This document shows positions 9,273 through 20,140 of a DNA stretch of 64,000 nt, in pieces; the first letter of the stretch is position 1, and the number at the start of each line of letters is the position of its first letter. The DNA is from Bdellovibrio sp. (GTDB lineage: Bacteria; Bdellovibrionota; Bdellovibrionia; Bdellovibrionales; Bdellovibrionaceae), in assembly GCA_036676395.1 (NCBI GenBank), contig JAKFCY010000003.1, positions 352,001-416,000 on the forward strand, written 5' to 3'. The position numbers were made by a program, and so were the translations under genes. Under the pieces are notes generated by a model, which worked only from the letters and a program-made list of their open reading frames with translations, did not search any database and had not been told where the DNA came from.

Positions 9273-12200
9273 GTGAATAGTCAGTATCAACTGCGTTTAG
9301 AAGAAATTATTCTTCGCGCGGCCAACAAAAAGAAAGAATTGTTTAATATTGTCGGCACTCAGTCGTCGACAGCTATTTCTTTTTTGTTGTCACAACATTT
9401 TTCTATACATTTCAATGGCTTGCCGACACTTGTCGTAGTTTCAAGTTTAGATGATGCCGAACTATTTGCTAAGCAAATGAGCTTTTTTTCTAATGAATAT
9501 CGCTGCCATATCTTAAAACATTTTGATGTTCAGCCTTATTCAGGTCTTTACCCATCGCCTTCGGCTTCGTGGGATCGATCAAAATTTTTGTATTGGGCTA
9601 ATCAACCAAACGCTGAAAAAAACAACATCTTTATCGCACCCATCTCGGCCCTTCAACAAAAGTCAGCTCCGTTTAATCAATTCAGCAAACGCTGTCGTGC
9701 TATTAAATCTGGCGACGAGTTGCCGACAAACTTAGCCGAATATTTTCATGATTTAGGTTATCAACCAGCTCCAGTGGTTGAAGATCGCGGCCAATACAGT
9801 ATCCGCGGCGGTATTGTCGATATTTTTTCAGTGGCCGAAGAAAAGCCTATCCGTTTAGAGCTGTTCGGGGATCAGGTTGAAACCCTAAGATATTTTTCTC
9901 ATATTTCTCAATTAAGCGAAGATGTGACGAGGGTTTTAAATTTAGCGCCGGTGTTTGAATATCAACTTGATGACGACAATTTAGAATCTGTTGTTAAAAA
10001 GTTTCGTAAACAATTAGAGGGCCGTCCTGTTGCACATGCTGAGCGTGATGAATTGCTTCGCGAATTAACGCAAAAAACTTTGTTTCCAGGCGCTGAATAT
10101 CTTTTGCCTTACAGCTATGATTCGTTAGTTTCACCACTTGAGCACTTTTCTTCAGGGTTAAATGTGATCATGCTTGATCCTGTCGAGGTGGCCAGAAAAG
10201 CTGACGAATTCTATCAAGAGGTTGTTGCTGATTACCGCGCAGCTGAAACCACGTTGTTTAAGCCAGAAATTGAAGAGTTGTATTTTTCATTTGATAAAGT
10301 TGTTTATCCCGAAGGTTCGCAAACAATTCAATTTTCTAATTTAGCTTTTTTAACTGATGAATCTTTTACTGAAGAGCGTATCGAATACAAATCAAGCCCA
10401 CTGACTGAGTTTACCCAGTTGGCGCACAATAAAACTCCGGGATCTACCGAGTGGGTTTCTGTGGCCGCGCCAAAATTGCAATTATGGCGCAAAGATAAAT
10501 TTAAAATATTCATTTCTTATAAAAACCAAACTCAGCTTGATCGTTTAAAAAATTTATTGGATCGCTTAGAAGTTAGTTTTGAAGTCGCACCTAGCTCGGG
10601 CTCTGCAAGTTATGATTGGGATAAATGGTTAAGCTATTTAGACCAGGCTAATCAGCCGGCCGTGTTAATTCCGCGTGATCTTGGCGAAACGGTGTTGTTA
10701 CACGAAGAACAAATTGTATTCTTGCGTGCCGATGATTTTTTCGGGCGCAAACAACGAGCGGCGACACAAAGCTCTTACGAAGAGTTTTCTAAAAATGCTA
10801 AGCGCTTAAGTTTCGGAGATTTAAAACCTAGTGATTTAGTAGTGCACGTAAAACATGGCGTTGGTATTTATGAAGGCTTAAAGCTGATGAATGTAGGCGG
10901 TATCGAGTCTGAATTCATTCAGGTCGCCTACAAAGACAAAGATAAATTATATCTTCCTGTCTACCGCGTTGGCCAATTGCAAAAGTTTTCTGGCGCTTCG
11001 CAAACCACGATCTTAGACAAACTTGGCGGCACTGGTTGGGAAAAAACCACCAGTAAAGTTAAAAAACATTTACGCGATATTGCGGCTGAATTGTTACAGC
11101 TTTATGCAAAGCGCGCCGAAATCACACGCTTTCCTTTAATATTAGATGAAGTGGCTTACGGCCAGTTCGAGCGAGCCTTTCCATACGATGAAACGATAGA
11201 TCAATTGCGAGCGATCAATGAAATTCAAAAAGATTTTCACAGTGATCATCCAATGGATCGTTTAGTTTGTGGTGATGTGGGCTTTGGTAAAACCGAAGTT
11301 TCTATGCGTGCGGCATTTCAAGCTGTGGCCAACAAAAAGCAAGTGGCCGTGCTTGCACCGACAACAGTTTTAACATTTCAGCATTTAGAGACATTTAAAA
11401 AACGATTCGCGGGATTTAACTATGAAATCAGATCTTTAAATCGATTTGTTTCTACAGCTGATCAGAAAAAAACTTTAGCCGAACTGAAAGATGGTAAGGT
11501 CGACATAATTATCGGTACGCACCGCTTATTTAGTAAAGATGTTGTCTATAAAGATTTAGGTTTATTAATTATCGATGAAGAACAAAAGTTCGGCGTATTA
11601 CATAAAGAAAAAATCAAAAAATTTAAAACTAATGTTGATACGTTAACTTTGTCGGCAACACCGATTCCAAGAACTTTAAACATGAGCTTTACCGGCGTGC
11701 GCGATTTATCAATTATCAACACTCCGCCAGTAGACCGTTTGCCGACAAGAACATTTGTTTCAAAATTTGATACTGAACTTATTCGCAAAGGCATTACGGC
11801 TGAAATCGCTCGCGGCGGACAAGTTTATTTTATTCATAATCGCGTGCAATCTATTTACGGCATCGCAGACGAATTGCGGCAAATTCTTCCAGATGCACGC
11901 ATGAAAGTGGCTCACGGCCAAATGGCCGAAGAAGATCTTGAAGCTGCAATGCTTGCTTTTTTTAATCACGAAATCGATGTTCTAATTTGTACTTCAATTG
12001 TTGAATCGGGAATGGATGTTCCACGCGCCAACACTATGTTTATTGATCAAGCGCATATGTTTGGTCTATCGCAGCTTTATCAGCTGCGTGGACGCGTAGG
12101 CCGCAGCAAAGCGCGCGCTTATTGTTATTTATTAATGCCTAAAGACAAACGCATTGAAAAAGTTGCGCAAGAGCGGCTTAAAATTATTCAAGACAACTCT

Positions 12201-12806
12201 GCATTAGGTTCAGGAATCAAAATTGCGCAGTACGATTTAGAATTGCGCGGAGCCGGTAATATTTTAGGTGACGATCAATCTGGGCATGTAAATTCAGTTG
12301 GTTACGAAATGTATATGGATTTGTTAAACGAAGCTCTTGCCGAAGCAAAAGGTGAAAACACACCTGATGCTGAACTGGATCCAGAAATTAATTTACGTAT
12401 TCCTGCGCTTATTCCTGATAACTACATTAAAGATATTCGCATCAGACTAAGTTATTACAAAGCTTTAGCAGATATCAAATCTCAAGAAGACTTAGACCAA
12501 ATCGAAGCCGAATTAAAAGATCAGTTTGGCGAATTGCCAGAGCCCGTAGTTAATTTAATGGGTTTAATGCTGATTCGTCGCCAATGTAAAAATTTAGGCG
12601 TGCGCGATATCAGTGGCGGGTTAAAAACTGTGTCTCTGGTATTCACCGAACAAACTAAATTAAAACCGCAGACGGCAATTCAATTAGCTATGCGTGAAAA
12701 TAAAAAATATTCAATCACGCCAGATCAGCGTTTAAATGTGCGCATGAACACCATTACTTGGTCTGCAGTTTATGAAGAGCTACAGTATTTGTTAAGTCTT
12801 GTTTAA
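9273..12806 (+). CDS. mfd: Transcription-repair coupling factor
   Basis: UvrB-like N-terminus, RID (VVHVKHGVGIYEGL), RecG-like helicase (CGDVGFGKT, DEEQ, QLRGRVGR) and TRCF C-terminus. Start is uncertain: the ORF opens at 9159, and GTG 9273 was chosen. Confidence 0.95.
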   Translation: MNSQYQLRLEEIILRAANKKKELFNIVGTQSSTAISFLLSQHFSIHFNGLPTLVVVSSLDDAELFAKQMSFFSNEYRCHILKHFDVQPYSGLYPSPSASWDRSKFLYWANQPNAEKNNIFIAPISALQQKSAPFNQFSKRCRAIKSGDELPTNLAEYFHDLGYQPAPVVEDRGQYSIRGGIVDIFSVAEEKPIRLELFGDQVETLRYFSHISQLSEDVTRVLNLAPVFEYQLDDDNLESVVKKFRKQLEGRPVAHAERDELLRELTQKTLFPGAEYLLPYSYDSLVSPLEHFSSGLNVIMLDPVEVARKADEFYQEVVADYRAAETTLFKPEIEELYFSFDKVVYPEGSQTIQFSNLAFLTDESFTEERIEYKSSPLTEFTQLAHNKTPGSTEWVSVAAPKLQLWRKDKFKIFISYKNQTQLDRLKNLLDRLEVSFEVAPSSGSASYDWDKWLSYLDQANQPAVLIPRDLGETVLLHEEQIVFLRADDFFGRKQRAATQSSYEEFSKNAKRLSFGDLKPSDLVVHVKHGVGIYEGLKLMNVGGIESEFIQVAYKDKDKLYLPVYRVGQLQKFSGASQTTILDKLGGTGWEKTTSKVKKHLRDIAAELLQLYAKRAEITRFPLILDEVAYGQFERAFPYDETIDQLRAINEIQKDFHSDHPMDRLVCGDVGFGKTEVSMRAAFQAVANKKQVAVLAPTTVLTFQHLETFKKRFAGFNYEIRSLNRFVSTADQKKTLAELKDGKVDIIIGTHRLFSKDVVYKDLGLLIIDEEQKFGVLHKEKIKKFKTNVDTLTLSATPIPRTLNMSFTGVRDLSIINTPPVDRLPTRTFVSKFDTELIRKGITAEIARGGQVYFIHNRVQSIYGIADELRQILPDARMKVAHGQMAEEDLEAAMLAFFNHEIDVLICTSIVESGMDVPRANTMFIDQAHMFGLSQLYQLRGRVGRSKARAYCYLLMPKDKRIEKVAQERLKIIQDNSALGSGIKIAQYDLELRGAGNILGDDQSGHVNSVGYEMYMDLLNEALAEAKGENTPDAELDPEINLRIPALIPDNYIKDIRIRLSYYKALADIKSQEDLDQIEAELKDQFGELPEPVVNLMGLMLIRRQCKNLGVRDISGGLKTVSLVFTEQTKLKPQTAIQLAMRENKKYSITPDQRLNVRMNTITWSAVYEELQYLLSLV

Positions 12807-12834
12807 TACGAAAGTCCAGAAGTTTTACCCCAGC

Positions 12835-12862
12835 TAAACTGTTTATCCCTGCAAACCGAATA
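12835..12862 (+). promoter_or_regulatory. Possible sigma-28 (FliA) promoter
   Basis: TAAA-N16-ACCGAATA versus consensus TAAA-N15-GCCGATAA, just upstream of the RBS of ORF 12888. Confidence 0.35.
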
Positions 12863-12887
12863 GCTGTTTAATGAACAAGGGGAACTT

Positions 12888-13556
12888 ATGAAATTTACTG
12901 TCATTTTCACTATCTTATTTAGCCCTGCTTTCACTTTTGCTGCAGAAAAACTTGCACCATCTGATGCGCCAGCAAATTTTTCAGATAAATATAATGGCTC
13001 TTTAAAACTTTCTCAAACTTACTCTGCTTCTGAATATAATTCTAGCGTCATTAACTTTAAACAATTAAGAATTAAGCCCGGGACTGGTTCACTTATGGTT
13101 AAACAGGATACAAAAGATGAACAGCAGGCGGCTAAGATTGTTAAGGGATCTTGTAGTTTAACTATCCCAACAAAAAATAGCGTTGAAGTTACAAATACTA
13201 AACTTTGGAAAAGATCAACGGTAATTCTGAGTGATTCAGTAATTCGCGAAATTTATGTTGTCGCAAATGGAGCTGACAGTGTTTTTATGCACCTAAGATG
13301 TTTACACCCTAATCCTAAAGAGTGTAACCCAGACACAGCTTCTTACACGGCTTGCTCAAAAAAACACAAAACAGAACTCATCGAACAGTTAAAACAATTT
13401 AGCATCGAAAATCGTTTAGAAACCCAAATTTACGAATCAACTGCGCAAAAAAATGCTCGTTATCAGAAAAGTCTTAAAGAAGCTGAAGCTTCAAAGTTTA
13501 TTAAAATTCGCCACACGGTACCAGCTAAACCTTTACCGCGCGCAACAAGCATTTAA
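12888..13556 (+). CDS. Hypothetical exported protein
   Basis: 222-aa ORF with signal peptide (..SPAFTFA-AE), four Cys and an AAGGGG RBS; no family recognised. Confidence 0.7.
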   Translation: MKFTVIFTILFSPAFTFAAEKLAPSDAPANFSDKYNGSLKLSQTYSASEYNSSVINFKQLRIKPGTGSLMVKQDTKDEQQAAKIVKGSCSLTIPTKNSVEVTNTKLWKRSTVILSDSVIREIYVVANGADSVFMHLRCLHPNPKECNPDTASYTACSKKHKTELIEQLKQFSIENRLETQIYESTAQKNARYQKSLKEAEASKFIKIRHTVPAKPLPRATSI

Positions 13557-13582
13557 TTTTCAGGGTATATAATTTCGATATC

Positions 13583-14362
13583 TTAGTTTGATTTTAGTTT
13601 TAATAGCTCTACAACATTACGACTTGATGAAAAATTTAATCTAACCACTTGGCCTTCGTTACCAATGTTGCCAACCAATTTATTATTACGATAAATTTCA
13701 TAATTAAATTTACGATCAAGCGCTTGCAACATCGATTCAACACACGGAAGCGTGTCTTGATTAAAATAATCCATTTTTAAATAATTGATAAAGGCATCGT
13801 CTGATAATTTTTCAGAAATTTGCGCAAGTGTTAGCTGAAAACCTAACTGCCCCTCGTAAATTGCATCCATCGCATAATGCACATTTAAAATACCTTTAGT
13901 TTCTGAAAGTGCAATCACCGAGCGTGCCGTTTGACAGGCGCAAATCGTGAAATTTCCTCCCGCAATTACGACATCACTTCCACGCATTACTATGCGGTGC
14001 GAATCTCCTTGAAAGGGGTATAGGTTGTCTGCAGTTACACCCTTTGGAAAATAATTAGCTGTTAATTTTTGGCTGCGATCTTGTAAATCCGCCATATAGA
14101 GATACGGCAGATTTTTACCGGCAAAATATTGCACTAACTTTTCGGTACCACTCCAGGTCAGGCGCTGATTATCCCAGTACTGTGAATTATGCGTTATTAG
14201 CAGCAGCTGTGACTGCTCAACCGTTCTAGGCGGATATGGAAAGCTATCCATAAATTCGACTTTAAAACTACGACCACCAGAATTAAATATCTGTTCAACC
14301 ACTTCGCCAGCAGATGATATTTGCACAAACATAAAAGTAATCAATAAAGCCAATGTTTTCAC
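13583..14362 (-). CDS. Exported protein, possible isochorismatase/cysteine-hydrolase fold
   Basis: Signal peptide. VVIAGGNFTICACQTARS...VHYAMDA resembles the cysteine hydrolase 'G..T..CV..TA.....V.V..DA' pattern. Confidence 0.55.
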   Translation of the reverse strand: MKTLALLITFMFVQISSAGEVVEQIFNSGGRSFKVEFMDSFPYPPRTVEQSQLLLITHNSQYWDNQRLTWSGTEKLVQYFAGKNLPYLYMADLQDRSQKLTANYFPKGVTADNLYPFQGDSHRIVMRGSDVVIAGGNFTICACQTARSVIALSETKGILNVHYAMDAIYEGQLGFQLTLAQISEKLSDDAFINYLKMDYFNQDTLPCVESMLQALDRKFNYEIYRNNKLVGNIGNEGQVVRLNFSSSRNVVELLKLKSN

Positions 14363-14434
14363 AGAGAGCCTTTATAACATATTTTTTATGATTCTAAGGG
14401 ATTACTTGGGCTACTGTGTCTGGCTATGAAATAA

Positions 14435-15223
14435 TTACTGCTCTGGGTATACAATCTGTATATCGGCCATACGATCTTTTTTGCTTTTTTTGACTCGCGC
14501 CTTGCGCCCAGCTTTAACTATTAAAGGTTTCTCGTCTGCGCCGTCATCAAGGGCTGCGATGTTCTTGCTCTTGGATTTCTTGGCTGCAACTTTGCGAACA
14601 CTGCCTTTTTTAAGCTTCACCAGACGAATTTTTACTTGTCCTTTTTGTACAGATACATTTTCGTCAGTGTCCGCCGGTTCGCCATTTAGTTCTGCGAGCG
14701 CCTGATTTAAATCTACAGAATATTTAGTGCCGACCGGAGTTATCTCAATCGAACTCGTTGCGACTTCAAAATTTTCTTCGCTAGCTTTACAGTCTTTTTC
14801 GCGGGCTTTATGGTCAGATGAAAAAGTCGCTTTGCCGCTGTGTAATTCAAAACTTAAATGACAAATTTTTTCATCGAGAGATTTGTTATACCGTAAAATT
14901 TTAATCGCGGTCTTTGGTAAAAGTTCAATCATTTGACCCGTTGAAGGAATATAAACTTTAGCTTTGTCTGTACTTGCTGTAATCGTCATGCCCGGAGTTA
15001 AGACCATATTGTCGTCAATTTTAACGTCTTCACCTTTTTCGTTTTTAACTACTAGAAAGGGTGCACCACTGATCAAAGGCTTAGGTAAATACGCTGTGGC
15101 CGGCGCTTCTGTTTGTTGAGCTATTTGCAGTAAATTTTGCATAGACGAATTGCTCTGCAAACCGCAGGCTATCGCCTCGTTCGTAGAGGTTAACACATAC
15201 ATTAACACTAGCAATAGTCGCAT
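14435..15223 (-). CDS. FecR-domain exported protein
   Basis: Signal peptide. LTPGMTITAS..KAKVYI..GQMIELLPKTAIKI, FELHSGK, FEVATSSIEITPVGTKYSV and VSVQKGQVKI match the FecR pattern. Confidence 0.7.
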   Translation of the reverse strand: MRLLLVLMYVLTSTNEAIACGLQSNSSMQNLLQIAQQTEAPATAYLPKPLISGAPFLVVKNEKGEDVKIDDNMVLTPGMTITASTDKAKVYIPSTGQMIELLPKTAIKILRYNKSLDEKICHLSFELHSGKATFSSDHKAREKDCKASEENFEVATSSIEITPVGTKYSVDLNQALAELNGEPADTDENVSVQKGQVKIRLVKLKKGSVRKVAAKKSKSKNIAALDDGADEKPLIVKAGRKARVKKSKKDRMADIQIVYPEQ

Positions 15224-15234
15224 TAAAACCCTTA

Positions 15235-16017
15235 TCAGAACTCGAGCTTAAGTCCCATTCCAAGGCCAGAACTAGAAAGATTAGCTTCACCGTCATCAGA
15301 GCCTAAAGCTCCAACAATTGGATCTGGCTCTGCGTAAGCCGAATAACCAGAATAAAATATATCTAAATACGTATTTTCCAAACCAGAAGAGCGCAAGCCC
15401 TCGGTTGTCGTAGTCGGATCAATCCAATTTTCGATCCAGTTTAATTGTAACAACACGCCAAATTTATAGTGAGCATTTGGCTTGGCAATTAAGGTTTCAA
15501 TCACATTATCACTGCCGGTAAAACTGTTTTCTTCCCACTCGAGTTGGTGAATTCCGCCTTGCGCGTAGGGAACAATCCATGGCTCTGATGTTAAGTTATC
15601 TAAAGCAAAATTCAAATCAAGCTTTGTGATTCTAACGCTCGCACCATCTAGGTTTTGCGCCTCATTGGCAAAGGTGCCAGCGCCATAACCAAATAACGCA
15701 GAAACTGAACCTAAAGCAAAATTATATTTTACGCCGATTTCTGCACCTATAACCGGAATCGATTCGCCTTCAGAAATCTCTTCATAAGATTTGTTTTGAA
15801 TTACTGAAATATGCTCTTCAGGAAAGTAGCGTTCGTAATTAATTGAAAATAGCGCGCCAAAATCTTTACGTCGTTCTTTGTATGACGTCGTAAGATCTTG
15901 AATGCTTTCTACGGTAATTTCATCGCCACGCAATGGATCTGAATAATCTTGCGCGTTGGCATAGACGCCAAAAATTGTAACTCCGAAAAAAAGAACAGCT
16001 CTTTTTAGATAACTCAT
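15235..16017 (-). CDS. Putative outer-membrane beta-barrel protein
   Basis: Signal peptide (..VYANA-Q), alternating beta-strand pattern, PYAQGG, C-terminal GLKLEF (BAM signal). Confidence 0.7.
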   Translation of the reverse strand: MSYLKRAVLFFGVTIFGVYANAQDYSDPLRGDEITVESIQDLTTSYKERRKDFGALFSINYERYFPEEHISVIQNKSYEEISEGESIPVIGAEIGVKYNFALGSVSALFGYGAGTFANEAQNLDGASVRITKLDLNFALDNLTSEPWIVPYAQGGIHQLEWEENSFTGSDNVIETLIAKPNAHYKFGVLLQLNWIENWIDPTTTTEGLRSSGLENTYLDIFYSGYSAYAEPDPIVGALGSDDGEANLSSSGLGMGLKLEF

Positions 16018-16205
16018 ACCTCTTCATTTTAGCTCTATTTGCTTATCGCTGTTTACAGTTTTATGAATTAAGCTTGAATAGCCCTTATAATAGAGACCAA
16101 GGTTTTAAGACCTACGTCTGTCAAAGTTATGTACAGTCATTACCTTATTACCCTGACAAATCTTGCTCATTTCGCATTTAAAACGCTTCCCGCATAATCA
16201 CCGAC

Positions 16206-17285
16206 ATGAAATACCCCAATTCATCAAAATTAAAATTCTTCTTCGCTGCTCTTTTGTCAACTCAAGCTATCGCCTCTGTGGCTATCGCGGCCTCTGACGA
16301 TATCACCATAAGTGCGATCGGCGATGTCATGATGGGAACAAACTTTCCGTCTGAAAAAATGATGCCCGCAGATCATGGAATGGGCTTGTTTGACCCTGCA
16401 AAACAATGGATTCAAGCGGCCGATGTTCGCTTTGCAAATTTAGAAGGAACTCTCTTTGACGGTGAACCTCAAGAAGACGGCAAAAAAACCGGCCCAAATC
16501 GTTATTTATTTCGTACGCCAACAATCATGGGTAAACGTTTAGTTGATGCCGGTTTTAATGTAATCTCTTTGGCAAATAATCACGTAAATGATTTTGGCAA
16601 AGCTGGTGTTGAATCGACTAAATCAACTTTAGCTACGCTAGGTTTACAATATTCATCTAAAGCTGGTGAAGTGGCTTTGTTGTCTGCCAAGGGTCACAAA
16701 ATTGCGTTGATCGCAACAGACTTCTATAAAGGCCGCAGAAGTATTAATAACCCACTTGCCGTCTATGAAGAGATTCGTAAATTAAAGGCAGCAGGTTATA
16801 TCGTTTTAGTTTCTTCACATGTTGGCGGTGAAGGCTCGACAGAAATTTCTTTAACTGGAAACGAAATGTATCTGGGTGAAAACCGCGGTGATTCGGTGAA
16901 GTTCGCCAGAACGGCAATTGATGCCGGAGCGGATTCAATCATTATGCATGGCCCACATGTTCCACGCGCGATCGAACTTTATAAAAAGAAATTAATTATT
17001 TACAGCTTAGGTAATTTTTTAACTGGGCAAGGAATCAACGTGAGCGGACTTTCTGGCCAAGCCCCTTTGATTCGTTACCAAATCAATGCCAACGGCGAGT
17101 TTATCGGCGGGCAGATTGTTTCGTTTATTCAAAAAAGAAGTCCCCAGCGTATTGAAATTGATAAGGCTGCGGGGGCTCTTAAAACCATCTACACGATGAC
17201 ACAAGAACAGCTTAACGGCGGTGGTATCGATTTCGAAAAAAACGGTGTGTTCCGCCCAATGGATGGCAACGCAAATCTTCCGTAG
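16206..17285 (+). CDS. CapA/PGA_cap family metallophosphoesterase
   Basis: GDVMMG, NLEG, SLANNHVNDFG, H.GGEG, HGPHV and YSLGNF motifs; signal peptide. Confidence 0.88.
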   Translation: MKYPNSSKLKFFFAALLSTQAIASVAIAASDDITISAIGDVMMGTNFPSEKMMPADHGMGLFDPAKQWIQAADVRFANLEGTLFDGEPQEDGKKTGPNRYLFRTPTIMGKRLVDAGFNVISLANNHVNDFGKAGVESTKSTLATLGLQYSSKAGEVALLSAKGHKIALIATDFYKGRRSINNPLAVYEEIRKLKAAGYIVLVSSHVGGEGSTEISLTGNEMYLGENRGDSVKFARTAIDAGADSIIMHGPHVPRAIELYKKKLIIYSLGNFLTGQGINVSGLSGQAPLIRYQINANGEFIGGQIVSFIQKRSPQRIEIDKAAGALKTIYTMTQEQLNGGGIDFEKNGVFRPMDGNANLP

Positions 17286-17296
17286 TTTTTTCACAT

Positions 17297-17331
17297 AAAA
17301 AAAGACCAAGGATTTTCGCCCTTGGTCTTTT
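17297..17331. terminator. Bidirectional intrinsic terminator between capA-like gene and atpC
   Basis: AAAGACCAAGG-loop-CCTTGGTCTTT flanked by A and T runs. Confidence 0.85.
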
Positions 17332-17353
17332 CAATAAGAATTTTAATTTCTTC

Positions 17354-17773
17354 TTAGTGGTGTCTGATATTTTCGTTAACCAGATCAATGCCCACTTGAG
17401 CTTTTTTAGCTTCGTTTAAAGTCTCTTCAAACTGTGCATCAGTTAAATTTTCTTTTGTTAACTTAGCATTCGCTTCAACAACTTTAGCTTTTGCAACCTC
17501 TTCAGAAATCTCTTCTTTTAATTGAATTGATTCTGTAAGGATGTTTACACCTTCAGGATTTACTTCGCAGTAACCAGAGCTGATAACGGCTTTAAATACC
17601 GCGCCAGTTTCTTTAACTTTGAATTTTAAAATCCCAGTGCCAAGGTTTGCAATCATCGGAACGTGCCCAGGTAAAATATCAACTTCACCTGAGATCGTTG
17701 GGATAACGGCTTCTGTGATCTCTTGATCAACAACAACCTTTTTTTCTGGAGTTAATAGGTTTAGTTTAAACAT
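17354..17773 (-). CDS. atpC: ATP synthase F1 epsilon subunit
   Basis: LLTPEK, GEVDILPGHVP and ISSGYCEV motifs; follows atpD. Confidence 0.93.
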   Translation of the reverse strand: MFKLNLLTPEKKVVVDQEITEAVIPTISGEVDILPGHVPMIANLGTGILKFKVKETGAVFKAVISSGYCEVNPEGVNILTESIQLKEEISEEVAKAKVVEANAKLTKENLTDAQFEETLNEAKKAQVGIDLVNENIRHH

Positions 17774-17776
17774 AAA

Positions 17777-19222
<1,446 letters not shown>

Positions 19223-19252
19223 CTAAATTATTTAATCGCTTCCGCGGTCGAT

Positions 19253-20128
19253 CTACTTGATCGCCTCGGCTCCAGATACGATCTCGGTTAACTCTGTAGT
19301 AATTTTTTCTTGACGAGCTTTGTTGTAAGTCAGAGTTAATTTGTTAATCATTTCTTTCGCGTTGTTCGTTGCGTTTTCCATAGCAGACATACGAGCACCG
19401 TGCTCAGACGCCACTGATTCAGACATTGCTTTGTAAACCGATAAGTTAAAATGCTTTTTCAAAAGCTCTTCAACGATCGCTTCTGGAGACGGATCAAAAA
19501 TAATGTCTTTAGAAAATTGGCTGCCTTCTGCATCAAATGATGTTTGATCAACTTGAATCGGAAGAAGCGTTTCGCATGTCACGATTTGAGAGATAGCTGA
19601 TTGGAACTCGTTATATACTAAGCGAATTTCATCGTAGCTACCATCAAGGTAGTGATTAATTAATTTTTCAGCGACACCTTTTGCTAAACCGTAAGAAATA
19701 TCTTTATCTAACTTGAAGTAAGTTTCGATAGATTTGATATTACGTTTTGCGAAATAGTCATCACCGCGTTTGCCGATAAAGAAAAAATCTAATTTTTCTA
19801 GTTTAGGTGCGTTCTCTAAACGATATTTATCAGCAAACTTAATAATATTTGTATTAAAGCCACCACAAAGACCGCGATCCGAAGTTAAAACTACAAGTAG
19901 AACTCTTTTTACAGAGTCTTTTGCCGTCATCAACGGATGAGTCACTTTTTGAGTTGCCGTAATGTTTGCGATAACTTTTTTCAAAGTCACCGCATACGGT
20001 CTCATATTTGTGATGTTGTGTTGTGCTCTACGTAGTTTCGCCGCAGATACCAGCTTCATCGCTTTCGTGATTTGCTGAGTATTCTTTGTCGAATCGATAC
20101 GCATGCGTATGTCTTTTAAACTTGCCAT
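19253..20128 (-). CDS. atpG: ATP synthase F1 gamma subunit
   Basis: QITKAMKLVSAAK, SDRGLCG and ARMSAMENAT..RQEKIT.EL.EIVSGAEA motifs. Confidence 0.97.
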   Translation of the reverse strand: MASLKDIRMRIDSTKNTQQITKAMKLVSAAKLRRAQHNITNMRPYAVTLKKVIANITATQKVTHPLMTAKDSVKRVLLVVLTSDRGLCGGFNTNIIKFADKYRLENAPKLEKLDFFFIGKRGDDYFAKRNIKSIETYFKLDKDISYGLAKGVAEKLINHYLDGSYDEIRLVYNEFQSAISQIVTCETLLPIQVDQTSFDAEGSQFSKDIIFDPSPEAIVEELLKKHFNLSVYKAMSESVASEHGARMSAMENATNNAKEMINKLTLTYNKARQEKITTELTEIVSGAEAIK

Positions 20129-20140
20129 CTTTGTCCCTGA

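Noticed and set aside
12017..12032. parS-like TGTTCCACG in mfd (similar half sites in the capA-like gene and mnmG)
   Set aside because: Only a half site is present; the right arm does not match, and the coding sequence explains it.
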